From the NCBI RefSeq assembly GCF_902713615.1, contig NC_052150.1, positions 156,603,155 through 156,667,154 on the forward strand: a DNA stretch of 64,000 nucleotides, read 5' to 3'. Of the stretch, positions 48,823 through 61,659 are shown piece by piece. The notes beneath the pieces are model-generated. The model made no database searches and was not told where the DNA came from. It was given only the letters and a program-made list of their open reading frames with translations. Position 1 is the first letter of the stretch. Each line of letters starts with the position of its first letter. Both the position numbers and the translations under genes were made by a program. Source of the stretch: Scyliorhinus canicula (taxonomy: Eukaryota).

Positions 48823-51800
48823 GCGGGATCAGGGTATTGAACTTGACGATCAGCCATGATCATAATAAATGGCAGAGCAGGCTCCAAGGGCCGAATGGCC
48901 TCCTCTTGTTTCTATTTTCTATGTATGTTTATATGTATGTATAACATACCGCAGCCCACCCGGGTAATATCTGGTTGTGCGATCGGGACTCCTTCTTATG
49001 GGCCACATTATTTTGGGAGGGGGTAGCGGGGTGAGATGGAGCAAGCTTTGGGCACACAGTCTGACGATGCTCTCATACGAGGCAACCTCACATTATGGCT
49101 GCTATGGTCTGTCACCTATAAGTGAGCGTGGATGGCTGTGCGATGTCCATAGGCCAGACAGAGCCTGAACCGCCCCCCACTTCCTCCCCACCATCACAGA
49201 CCAAGATCCAGCCCCAGCCCAACCATCCCACCCCTGAGGCAGAAGTGAGAGGCAGATCAGACTGGTGGTGGAAAAGTGTTCAATGGTGCGTATTTACAGA
49301 TTTGGTGCCCTTTCTCTGATCACTGCTCAAGTGCACCCGTGCCAACTTAAGTGTTGTCTATCTTTCTGATCTTCCATAGCCTCCCTAAACAGCACATCAG
49401 GAGTTCGTGTGGCCTGCTGTGTGTCTCACCCTCCGCCCTGTGATGCTCTTGGCGGCCAATCTCTGGAGGGCCTGTGTCTGGATTGGTCCTTCTTACTTTC
49501 AGGTGTCACAGGTGACCCTGAGTGAAATGTCACCCTGTTCTGCCCGTTTCCCATCAGATGAGCCAGTGTCAGGTGGATGGGAATCAAAGGGGCTATCATG
49601 TTACAGCACTTCTCCTGTGGGAGGCCACAGGAATGATCCCAGCCCTTTCTCCTCCCTGAGATGCTTGCTGGGCCTGGGCTAATCCATGGGATGGAGCGGC
49701 AGATGAAGTGAGCTCCAAAGGCCTCAACATCATCTGGCACCACCTGTCCTGGAGGTCGGAAACCATCTCTGCCATGGTGTTGATGCCCTCAGCCAATGTG
49801 CTCTGTGACTGGGACATGTCCCTCGGCGAGTGAATCGAACCTGGGACCCTGGTGCTGCGAATAAACAGTGCTAACCACTGTGCTACCATGCCGTCCTTGG
49901 GGACATAGTGAGACGCCAGCACGCCAGCTTTATGGGGGGATTTCTAGCTGGTGGCATATGTGGGAAAGACGCCTGGCCAAAGAGGGCAGAGCATGTGTTC
50001 TGGGTTCCTAGAGAGGGGGTTGTGAGGGACATGCTTGTAGATGAAGTGTTACTGGCATGGAAGAGTTTGGGGGTAGATGCCAGTGGACAAGGACGAGAGT
50101 GATGCCATAGGTGCTCACTCACCCGAGCTGCTCACAGGAGATCGTTCATCTTTTTCCTGCATTGCATGCTGGTCCTCTTGGTGAGGCTTCCAGCACTCAT
50201 AGCATCTGCCACCTCATCCCAGGCTTACTTCGTAACTGTTAGCTGTTGTCTTCACCCCACCCTGAGAAAGAGGGTATGGAATTGTGCCTCCCTGACGCTC
50301 CTATCACCAGCTCAAAAAAGCTCTGATTCCACACTGGTGGCAGCAGTTAGACTCTGGAACAGAGATTCCCGCCCAGTCTTTCTCCCCCCCGCAGCCTACT
50401 CTTCAAAGCTTTTTTCTTTCATTGTGCACTTTTTCTATCATTTTCACTAACTTTCATTGTTACTCAATGTCTCATTCACCTCATTAAGTGTCTTGGAATT
50501 CTCCCTAATTGACCCAACTGAGCTAATTAGAGTAGCTGGAGTCTCCAGTCAGTTTTTTTCCCCTCATTTATATTAACGAGGGCTGACTCTGACCTGAAGG
50601 ATTGATGAATGTAATATAAATCACTTTCATCGGCAATGTGCAATTGCAAATATTAGGGGATGAATATTTAATGCATTCTTGTGACATCTTTTTGTGAAGT
50701 TTCTTAATACCGCTCCTCACTGTTCATTTTAAATTTGGTAATGCCATCTACAAAACAGTGGACAAGGGAATATCATAAAGATGCGGCAAGTATTTGAACA
50801 CAGAACACTAACGGTACTTTATAGGCTACATGTGTGTAATTAGGAGGTAATTGCCAGAAAATAATACAAGAGATAACTTATTGTGGTTGTGCGTAGTAGC
50901 CTGTAGTTATAATTCTCAGTGAAAGCCGGTATCTGCAATGGAGCAGGAGATTGCACCTCACATTGTTTCTGTTTTCAGCATGAGCAGAAAGTATTGACGC
51001 AGGCTTCTCTGCAAGCAAGCTCACTAAACCATGAAGTATTGCACATAGAAGATAAAACAGCAGTGAAATCTTAAGAATTAAACATCTTAAAACAATTTAT
51101 GTGACTCCATATATTAAGCAAGAGGTACCATGAAAATATTATTAACAAAGATGTTTCTGAAACATTAACCGGATAATGGGAAGACTTTGTAATAAAAACA
51201 ATACTGCAAATATCTGTGGGGAGAAACACGTTTCAGGTGAATGACCTTTTGTCAATTCAGTCAAAAAATTATTGGTGTGAAAGATTATTCCTTCCTCTCT
51301 GCACAGGTGCTGCCTGGCCAGTGTTTTCCTATTTCAGCTTCCCGACATCTACAGTATTTCGCTTTTGAATGGGAGGACTTAGTTTAAATGACGTTCTTTT
51401 TTCTGCTATGCATCCTCACTCACGTAACTTTAGACCAGCCATTTATTAGATTTATAGATGCAATAAGCTTCCTAAACATGACATTTGCTTTAACTGTGTT
51501 CAAAACAGGCTCTTTAACTTGTATTAGCAAAGGTCAACCAATGTTGGTATATTCTTGTTGCTACCTCTGAGCAAGTCTGTAAAGTTTGAGTAATAAGGAC
51601 ATAGGTATGAAATAAATGCCTTACTCAAGGTTGGCTGCCTATTTCTGGCCGTATGACCTCAGGTTAGTACTGTCTGCAGCACAGTAAAGCAGCTGTCACT
51701 TCTTGCTCATGTAACCAGAAATATCTGAGGCAGCAATCATACTGAGAAAGGGAATGGAAATGTTTGCTTGTTATGAATGAACCGGGCTCTCTCATTATTT

Positions 51801-51919
51801 TGTAGCTTCTGGACAGATAAGATACATAGTTGCTGATCGTACAGAAAACAGGGCATTGATGTAGATATAGTAATGGAATAGCTATGCAATGGTGAAAAGT
51901 GAGACATGCATTTTCATCA

Positions 51920-52100
51920 CCAAAGTCCCGAGTGTTGTACTGTTGAAGTGCTGCCTTTCGGATGAAAAGGAAAATCAATCTGATCTCTGAGGTGGGCAGT
52001 ATTCATAGAAAAAGGGCTGTTCCCCCCTGTGATGTCCAAAATTGACTACACCTCTGGTCATGAAAGGTACAATATAAGTGCAAGCTCTTTCTTTCCTTTA
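51920..52100 (+). mobile_element. Deu-domain (SacSINE1/AmnSINE-like) SINE relic
   Basis: GTGCTGCCTTTCGGATGA and L2-like tail TGAAAGG..C.ATATAA.TGCAAG. Confidence 0.5.
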
Positions 52101-52399
52101 CCGCCATAAAATCACTGCTTTCACTTACTTTAGCAAGTGTGCAATTTGCCCTCAGGAGAATCCAGGAAAACAGAAATGGACCATGAGACTCAGTGTTTTC
52201 TGTATAAAAGGTAACCAAAATGGATGTTGGCTTGGGGAAGGTGAAATTCTGAAGTGAGGAAATAATGGGCGCGGTCTTCCCAAAAGGGAACAAAGTCCCT
52301 GAGTGAGTGTGCCATGAAACATATGGCTATTCAACATGACTTGTGTTGAATAAGGGCCTGAATGAGAAATGCATGGCTATAGGGGACCTCCGTTCTCCA

Positions 52400-53075
52400 G
52401 AACTCCTCATTGTAGCATCCCTAAATGGCATCCCCAAAAGAATCCCAGAACTCCCCCAGCCTGAATACAATATGGGAGGGTTCCTCCGCCCCACACCCCC
52501 CAACACCTACGCTGGACAATTCCGGCCCGATCATGCAAGCACAAAAAATGCAAACTTGGCACCACCAACCTGGCACCACTCCTGTCTGCTGGCAGTGCCA
52601 CCTGGGCACCAACAGACTGGCACCCAAGTAACCAGGCTGGCACTGCCAGGGTACACAGGTGGCACCAGCAGTGTCAGGGCACCACCCTGCCCAATGGGCA
52701 TGCAGTTGGGGGGCTCCAATCCCCTTGGAGACTCCTACGAGTGCTGTTCCATTTGGTCCCCATTTGTGGGGACCAGTACTCGCCTAAGGAGTCTGAGGCA
52801 AAGGAATGGAATCCCAAAGCCTCGGGTAACTGCATCGGGAACCTGCACATTAGAGGCAGGCTTACTGTCCCGCTCCAATATGCAGATTTGCCTAAAAGTG
52901 ATCCCGCTCATTGTGGGCGGGATTCAGCTCTCAACGTCTCGCGAGATCTTGTTGAATCTCCCGTGCCGTTATGAGCCAGATAGATCTGGGAGTGGGGTCT
53001 CCTGACTTTGAACGGCCACGCTGCGCTACGGCGAGCTGTTTTGACGGTGTAGCATGGCCGGAGGATAGCACTCAA
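52400..53075. mobile_element. Harbinger-related terminal fragment
   Basis: Similar to 23270-23630. GC-rich subterminal sequence. Confidence 0.45.
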
Positions 53076-53556
53076 TGTTTCAGTTAAAAAAATTATTCGG
53101 CTGGGATTGACCCTCCTCCCACCAAGTAGCATGTTTTCTGACGGCAGAGGGAGGGTCGCCATTGGCTGCCTGCGGGATCTTCCAGCTCCACCAATGTCTA
53201 TATCATTTTGCGTGGCTCACCCACCCGTCACCATGGAACACGCCATGGGGAGGGGGGAGGGGGTTGCTTTTGGCGAGACTGGAAGGTCCCGCCCTTGGTT
53301 AGAATACCAAAGCTCAGGAAAAATCTATTTGCTTGGCATGTAGTGGAGATTCCCCAGAATGGTGCCAGTGCTTAAAAGGTTAAATTGTGACGACAGATTG
53401 GATAAACCTGAACACTTCTGAGATTGGAAGGTTGAGGGATGAGGTGATGAAAAGTTTAAAGTAATGAAGGGATTGAGTAGATTAGGTCCAGAGAAAGCCA
53501 GAGCATTGAGGAAGCAGTTAACACTCGAGACAAACCCTAAAATCTTCCCTTGTTTC

Positions 53557-54105
53557 TAATAGAACATAGAACATAAGAACATAAGAACATTAGAACTAGG
53601 AGCAGGAGTAGGCCATCTGGCCCCTCGAGCCTGCTCCGCCATTCAATTAGATCATGGCTGATCTTTTGTGGACTCAGCTCCACTTTCCGGCCCGAACACC
53701 ATAACCCTTAATCCCTTTATTCTTCAAAAACCGATCTATCTTTACCTTAAAAACATGTAATGAAGGAGCCTCAACTGCTTCACTGGGCAAGGAATTCCAT
53801 AGATTCACAACCCTTTGGGAGAAGAAGTTCCTCCTAAACTCAGTCCTAAATCTACTTCCCCTTATTTTGAGGCTATGCCCCCTAGTTCTGCTGTCACCCG
53901 CCAGTGGAAACAACCTGCCCGCATCTATCCTATCTATTCCCTTCATAATTTTAAATGTTTCTATAAGATCCCCCCTCATCCTTCTAAATTCCAACGAGTA
54001 CAGTCCCAGTCTACTCAACCTCTCCTCATAATCCAACCCCTTCAGCTCTGGGATTAACCTAGCGAATCTCCTCTGCACACCCTCCAGCGCCAGTACGTCC
54101 TTTCT
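53557..54105 (-). mobile_element. Young CR1/HER1 LINE 3' fragment with an open ORF2 C-terminus
   Basis: RKDVLALEGVQRRFARLIPELKGLDYEERLSRLGLYSLEFRRMRGDLIETFKI...RRNFFSQRVVNLWNSLP, with a (TTCTTATG)n tail. Confidence 0.9.
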
Positions 54106-54315
54106 CATAGAACAGTACAGCACAGAACAGGCCCTTCGGCCCTCAATGTTGTGCCGAGCCATGATCACCCTACTCAAACCCATGTATCCACCCTATACCC
54201 GTAACCCAACAACCCCCCCCCCCTAACCTTACTTTTATTAGGACACTACGGGCAATTTAGCATGGCCAATCCACCTAACCCGCACATCTTTGGACTGTGG
54301 GAGGAAACTGGAGGA
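54106..54315 (-). mobile_element. 5'-truncated HE1 SINE abutting the CR1 fragment
   Basis: Reverse complement of the 3' half of 16655-17002. Confidence 0.85.
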
Positions 54316-54369
54316 TTGTTTTCCGTTAGGATTGTTTTCTCAACCACAGACCAACAGAGGTCCTAACAT

Positions 54370-54830
54370 TGAAACAGAAGCAGACCGTTCAGCCCCTCAA
54401 CACCATTAAGTGACCATTAAGTTACCATTAAGTGAGATCATGGTTGATCTGTATTGCACCTCTCCCCTTGTCCCCTTTTTCTTTGACCCATTTACCTAAC
54501 AAAAATCTATCTATCACAAATTTAAATGGCTGAACTGAGGAAGCATTAACTTCTTTTTGTGGCGCGAATTTCATGTACCTACCACCGTTCGATTGGAGAA
54601 TTGTTTCCTATCTTCTTCTCAAATAGCCTCACTTGGGTTTTCATGTTACGTTCCCTATTCCAAGACTTTGCCACCAATGGACAAATATTCTCTCTATCTA
54701 CCCTATTGATTATTTTCAGAATCCTAAAATCCTCAATAAAAGCACCACTTAATATTCTATAATCCAGAGCCGAGTTTATGTAAGTGCTCCTCATAATTTA
54801 ACCTTTTGAACCTTTGTATCCGTGCTGTTC
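54370..54830 (-). mobile_element. Old CR1 fragment
   Basis: FRILKIINRVDRENICPLV (ORF 54579-54794). Confidence 0.6.
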
Positions 54831-57200
54831 TTCTTCAAATGCTGATTCAGGCAGGTAGTGAAAATCAGCAACTACACGGCATAAAGGTGTCTGTCACAGT
54901 AACAGTAACTGTAGGAAGGGTAAATCTTCAGTGAGCGTTATTTTGTTGTGAAGAATTCACAATCACACAGGGACTGGTCGTTTTCTGTGTTCTCTCAGAC
55001 TCCCGGGCTGTGGAGCCTGCTCCGCATTGGCATATGCTTGTGCTTGCATTTCTGCTTGCCTTACTCCCAATCAACTCAGCTATTCCCTTGTTTGTAATTG
55101 TCTTTCATTTCTCTCACTGGAGATTATTTTTAACTGCCATGCACAGCCCATGTTTATGCCATGGGGCAGCCGGCAGTGAAAAATTAAAAAAGAATTGCCC
55201 ATCCTTTCGCTGCTGAGGTCCCACTTGATGTAGTTTTCAGATTGGCTTTAAAATGAGAAGCAAATTGTCCTGCTCGAAACAGATTTGCATACTGAAATCG
55301 TGAAACCGCGATCTTGTGCTTTGGGTAAGACCCTAATACATGTTGTGTACTAATATTACTCATTATCACTTTGGCTTTGCATCTGTTCTTGTAACCAAAG
55401 ATGCTGGCATTGCAGTTTAGTAGTCCCATCACAGGGTCAGCGTTCATAGTCGTTGAGCCATTGATCTGTTAGGTAGCAGCTAAAACACATTTCAATTGCA
55501 CAGAACAAAAAGGTCTTACAATGTAATGGCTGCTATCATTTTCCATACTGTATATTTAAGGGAACACCATTCCACATTTCCCAGTGAAATCAGAGCCATG
55601 AGCTGCAGATGAGCACATGAGAGCATGATACAAATACGATATGCATTCAATTTGGTTAAAAGAAAAGCTTATCTAAAACGCTATTCAACGAGTAAGGAAT
55701 CCTTTATGTCTTTCTTCTGCTGTCATTAGTGTATGCTGAGACTCCAAACCAGATTTTTTTAATGTGGAATAATCAAATCAGCACCAGCACAGAGCTACAG
55801 GGGACAGCAATTTTGGTTAACCCAGGGTGCTATTTCCAATTCCTCACAAGCTTTTATTATGCATGTCCAAAGGTATGATTTTATTTTTTCTGATTTCTAC
55901 AGTATCCTGCATTTTGTTTCTTTGATAAGTTTGGGTATTTACTATATCGAAGAACACATTTTGCAGAAACAACTTCAAGTTATTTGTACTGTTTCTTCAG
56001 AACCACTGCCATTTCAAAGTAAGACAACTCGACCCCCAGTGTCCATAAATCCGGAATCTCCCCTGGTTGTGCTGCATAGCAAGAAGTGCATGTTCATGAA
56101 GTGTGGGCCTTTACATTCATTTTAAAATAATGTTTGATTTACGCTGACTATATCTGCAGGATCCAGTTCTAGATGAGCTGCAATTTCCTCCATTTTAAAC
56201 ATTGTCTTCGGCCTCCATCATAAACTCTATTCCCTAGTTACCGATTTCGCCTCTCCACCCACACTGACCAGTTTTTGTGACTGAACCAGTATTTTGAAGT
56301 TGAATCATGATTGTCCGTGAACTAAATTTCTGTGCCTTTCTGGAGTTTTTTGTCAAGCAATAATAGAAAGAATTGTCAAAAGTGGCAAAAGTATGTTTGT
56401 CTTTGAATATCGGCTACCAGTGTGAGTTATTGGTAGTTTCAGGCACTTGCTTTGGTTAAAAACAGGGAGCTATTAAAAATAACCACTGCTCCATGTATTT
56501 AAATCGTTTTCAATCTGTGTCACTGTTGCTGATCATAAATCTCATCCTCTGCATTTTGGTGACAATGACAGATCTGTAAATATACTGAAAAGGACTTAAC
56601 CTTGAAACTATCATTTCAGAAAAATGCTTCTGAAAACGATATAGAAGATTCAAGGATAATATTTAACAATGGGTCAGAGTTAAATTTACGTTAACAATGC
56701 AATGAAATGTTTTGACACTTGTCATGTGAAGGTTTGTAGCTTCTGTGACCTTGCGTGCTGCAATGTGTGATTTGCAGTATACTGAGGACTCAACGTGTTC
56801 AAAATTACGGATGTAAGCAATTAAAATAAATTGTTCAATGAAGAACTCGGGATAATCTGATCGTGGTGCTGTGGAATATGATTAGTATTGATTTAATGGG
56901 CTGAGTCTGTATGTTAGCCACTACGATGTCTAAATGAGTAAAGCACAATATATAATACACAACGGGAGCTTTGTTTCAGTCGGGACACTAGATGTGCACG
57001 TTAATGCTGCTGGCACCTTACATAAAGAAGCAATAAGATTCCTACTCAGAATTCAATCTGTCACTCTACGTCTGATCACCTGGATCTTTGTGAACACCTG
57101 CACACAGTCAGAAATATTGTGAAAGTTTCTTCCCATTGCTTGGCAGTGTTTTGGTAGAGTAATGCTCCTGTCCACCACAACTCTGCTGCTTTTTCATCCT

Positions 57201-57391
57201 GGGGCTGGTTTAGCTCACTGGGCTAAACCGCTTGCTTTGAAAGCAAACCAAGGCAGGCCAGCAGCACCGTTCAATTCCCGTACTAGTCTCCCCGAACAGG
57301 CGCCGGAATGTGGCGACTAGAGGCTTTTCACAGCAACTTCATTTGAAGCCTACTTGTGACAATAAGCGGTTTTCATTTCATTTTCATTTTT
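57201..57391 (+). mobile_element. Short tRNA-derived SINE
   Basis: Copy of 25804-25990. Confidence 0.8.
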
Positions 57392-57757
57392 CCTTGGCCC
57401 TCCATTATGCAGCGTTATGAAAATTACAACTGCTCCCAACAGGATTACTGACACTGGATGAAAGGAAGTACAGTACTGACACTGTAGTGAAAGGGAGACT
57501 ATTCCAGCAACAGGAAGTAAAATATATGCCTCAGTTGGCCTAAGACTGAGCTGAGTTGATGATAAATTTCGGCAACTGTGTCTGCCTTTGTTGACAGGAG
57601 GCATCCAAGATACAAAATAATGGTCCATATTTTCCAGAATTTCACTGTTGATCTTACTCACTGTGCTCATTTATGTTCATAAACTAGCGTACCAATGGTG
57701 TACTGAGAGAGTGTTGCATTATTCCAGATTCTACACTTTGGATAAATCACTAACCTG

Positions 57758-58453
57758 GGGCGTAATTCTCCGACCCCCCGCAGGGTTGGAGAATCGCCCG
57801 GGGCCTTCGTAAATCCCGCCATGGCCAGAATTCTCCGCCACCTGGGAATTGACGGGGGCGGGAATCGCGCCCCGCCGGTCAGCGGGCCCCCTGCGGCGAT
57901 TCTCCGGCCCGCGATGGGCCGAAGTCTCGCCGCTGTCAGACCTCTCCCGCGGACGTGGTTTAAACCGCTTCTGTGCCGGCGGGAGCAGGCGGCGTGAGCG
58001 GGCCCCGGGGTCCTGGGGGGGCGAGGGGGGGGGCGGGACGATCGGACTCCAGGGGGTGCCCCCACGGTTGCCTGGCCCACGATTGGGGCCCACCGATCGG
58101 TGTGGGGGCACTCTTTTTCTTCCGCCGCCGCCACGGCCTCCACCATGGCGGAGGCGGAAAAGACCCCCTCCACCGCGCATGCGCCGGTGGTGACGTCAGC
58201 AGCCGCTGACGCTCCGGCGCATGCGCGGGCTCATGCCAACTAGCGAAGGCCTTTCTGCCAGCCCCGACGCTGGTTGGCATGGCGCCAAAAGCCATTGCCG
58301 CCAGTCGGCGGAGCGAGAGCCACTCCGGCGTGGGCCTACCCCCTAAAGGTGCAGAGAATTCCACACCTTTGGGGAGGCCCGACGCCGGAGTGGTTGGCAC
58401 CACTCCGCTACGCTGGGACCCCCCGCCCCGCCGGGTAGGGGAGAATACCGCCA
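57758..58453. mobile_element. Harbinger-type MITE
   Basis: TIRs GGGCGTAATTCTCC and GGAGAATACCGCCA. TSD CTG/CTG. Confidence 0.85.
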
Positions 58454-58574
58454 CTGAAGTCTTGTGCACCTATTCCACTAATTCAACTTGATTTCATAGA
58501 TCCCAAGAAAAAAGATGGGAGATTTATTTGGTGATCTGGCCAACATTCCTCCTTCATACAACCATCAAAGAACA

Positions 58575-58942
58575 TCGAATCATAGAAGTGCTACGGTGCA
58601 GAAGGAGGACATTGGGCCCATCATGTCTGCTCTGGTCCTCCAGATAAGCATTATGACTTATTGTCATTCTCCTGCCTTTTCCCTATATGCCTGCACATTG
58701 TTTCTATTCAAATACTCATCTAATGCCGTCTTGAATACCTTGATTGAACCTGTCTCCACCACCCTTCCAGGCAGTGCATTCCAGACCCATACCATCCGTT
58801 GTGTGAAAAAAAATTTCTTACGTCACATTTGCTTCTTTTGCATTTCACTTTAAATCTGTTCCCACTTGTTCTTGATCCTTTTACGAACAGGAATAGTTTC
58901 TCCCTGTCTACTCTTTGCAGCCCCCTCATGAATTTGAACACC
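58575..58942 (-). mobile_element. CR1 3' fragment
   Basis: VFKFMRGLQRVDREKLF...RTSGNRFKV...RNFFS. Confidence 0.75.
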
Positions 58943-60046
58943 AATGCCAGTGTGATGTGGCACTGGCTTGTATCCAGAAAACTGTGATGTGATAACCATT
59001 ATGGGGTTAACAGCTCATAGATTCCATTTAACTGAGGACTGGACCTTAAAATGGCTCCGTCCTCTTCATTGCTGGAACAGACCATCGACCTGTCAGCGTA
59101 TTTTGCCATTTCGACATTCAAAAATTAAAATCTATTCTGATGTATTTGTATGAATTTGCTCCATCTGACATTTTAATAAAGGCATTAACTCATCTAATTT
59201 ATGTAGGTTAACAGCTTCATAGGTTGCAGAGGAATTTCATATAATTGCATTGACACAAGACTATTGCGCAGAGAAATTTCACCCCTACAGCTATCAAGAA
59301 GGCTTTCACTTCACAAAAAAACACTTCAATGATCTTGGACTAATACACAATATAGCTCAACTACTATTGAAAATAATCCATTGGGTTTGCAAAACAAGTT
59401 TTTGTAAAAGCATGCAGAATGTTCAGTTGGACAAGGATGCTTAAATATTACACCTGCAACATTATTATTGTTTGGAATGAAGAAAATAATGATCGTGTGG
59501 GTTGAAACAAATATGCTTTTGAACCAAATGACTGCATTAGCAGTTGTACCAGTCATCATCAGGTTCAGGTTAGCTATTTTCAAATGTTATTGGACATTTT
59601 CTCTTCGTTTCCTCCTTCCAATCTCTCCAAATTGCACGTTGTACCGGGATAAGCAGAAAGTAACTTTGTCCACTGCCATTATCAGTCTGGAGTCGAGCAA
59701 TTAGAGCACACCGGGTGTCAGTGCATCAGCTTTCATTCTCTTCCTGTGTGGAAAAACACAGCATTTTGCTTAGATCAGGAACTCACAACATCCGGGTAGG
59801 TCTGAATGTGCATCCTATCGTTCACTGAATTATTATGAATCTTCATCTCCATGTTCCCGACATAGGGTAAATTTACATCATGGTTTAAGAATTAGAATGA
59901 GATCAAATCTTGTTGCTTTTTCACACTTGTTACTTTTCTCTTTTGTTATGTTCCTCTCGCCCAACTTGTGTCCATTTAAAGATGAATAAACATCCAACAT
60001 CCTTTTTGAGTTCAAGATCAGACATTCTCCTAGCTGTCGTGTTGCA

Positions 60047-60371
60047 CAGACACAGAACTACAGTGCAGAAGGAGGCCATTCGGCCCATCAAGTCTGCACC
60101 GACCCACATTAAGCCCTCACTTCCACCCAATCCCCGTAACCCAATAACCCTTCCTAAACTTTTTGGACACTAAGGGCAATTTAGCATGGCCAGTCCACCT
60201 AACCTGCACGTCGTTGGGCTGTGGGAGGAAACCGGAACACCCGGAAGAAACCCACGCAGACACAGGGAGTACGTGCAGACTCCGCAAAGACAGTGACCCA
60301 GTGGAGAATCTAACCTGGGACCCTAGCGCTGTGAAGCCATAGTGCTATCTACGTGTGCTACCGTGCTGCCC
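60047..60371 (-). mobile_element. HE1-type SINE
   Basis: Full consensus in reverse orientation. Confidence 0.85.
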
Positions 60372-61276
60372 ATGGCAGTTGATTTGGGAAAATGATCATC
60401 TTTGAGCATATCCTATTGTAGCAAACACTGCTGGAGTTTTGTTCCAAAGAGAAGCTATTATTCCACTAATGGGTCCCATTATTTAACAGGAACATTTGGC
60501 TGCAAACGATACATCCTAATCCTTTCAATGATGATGGCTTAGTAGGAACAGATGCTGGGACGAAGGATAATGGGGGAATGTTTTCAAACCACAAGGATGC
60601 TCTGACTGAGCAACCTACAGTAATTATGAGCAGCTCAAATGTTCTACTTCCAGCTTTAATTTCAATAGCAATGCTGATGCTGCTGTGAAAGTTATTACTG
60701 ATGAAAACGTCATTGGAAGCTGTTATTTTCTTCATCACTAACAGGTGAGCTAGCTGTGTAACCTAATGCCCTCATATCACTAAATGTGCTTTTTGGCTGA
60801 TGATTATTGTTTTTTATGAATATCAAATTTGAGGAATGCAACTCTTTGTTTGGGAATTGAAATTTCCATCCTCCTTCGCGAATGGGATTTTACAGTTCCA
60901 CTGAGAATAATTGGAGTTTTGACTGTAACGCCAAATTCTCCATTCTCGCTCGCAACAGTTCCTACCTTGGACAAGGCTGGAGAATCACACCCTATGTTCC
61001 TGACTGCCTCCTCCCATCCATTTCCGGCTGGATACTGGCTGAGTGAATAAGAATGAGTCCAGGAGTCACACAGGCCTTACTGTGTTGAAGTCAAGGGTGC
61101 TTAATGCTCACCTCAAATCCCACCCTTGCAATTCCCATCCGGAATTAAAACCAGGCTTTTATCTCCTGCACTTTATGGATTTCCACATGCTCCCTCACCA
61201 ATGAACGTATGGGAAATGTTCAGTAAAATGACAGCGATCATTTGGAGAAATCTGCACAATAGTGCATCAAGCTACC

Positions 61277-61630
61277 GGGCAGCACGGTAGCATTGTGGAT
61301 AGCACAATCGCTTCACAGCTCCAGGGTCCCAGGTTCGATTCCGGCTTGGGTCACTGTTTGTGCGGAGTCTGCACATCCTCCCCGTGTGTGCGTGGGTTTC
61401 CTCCGGGTGCTCCGGTTTCCTCCCACAGTCCAAAGATGTGCAGGTTAGGTGGATTGGCCGTGATAAATTGCCTTTAGTGTCCAAAATTGCCCTTAGTGTT
61501 GGGTGGGGTTACTGGGTTATGGGGATAGGGTGGAGGTGTTGACCTTGGGTAGGGTGCTCTTTCCAAGAGCCGGTGCAGACTCGATGAGCCGAATGGCCTC
61601 CTTCTGCACTGTAAATTCTATGATTCTATA
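61277..61630 (+). mobile_element. HE1-type SINE (young)
   Basis: A/B boxes, core and tail are intact. Confidence 0.9.
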
Positions 61631-61659
61631 AGTTCAGTCTTTCACTTAGTCTCTCTTGC

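Larger units (their letters stand above)
46570..48930 (+). mobile_element. CR1/HER1 3' fragment split by an unknown insert, a MITE and a solo LTR
   Basis: 46570-46945 reads RGDL.ETYKI...RRNFFTQRMVNLWNS. It resumes at ~47620-47664 and at 48823-48930 (3' tail). Confidence 0.75.
43590..50330. mobile_element. Decayed autonomous-type Harbinger element: HARBI1-like ORF (plus, ~45150-46050) and convergent Myb/SANT ORF (minus, ~50110-50300), interrupted at 46550-48945
   Basis: VAIKLFAVLNF, GMPSVQGVIDGT, NRKGFHSL..LVCD, ARHPGNVH, CCSLHNI. On the minus strand, AWDEVADAMSAGSLTKRTSMQCRKKMNDLL. Confidence 0.7.

Noticed and set aside
52343-53005. 220-aa ORF
   Set aside because: It lies in a repeat also present at 23270-23630 and has no recognisable domain.
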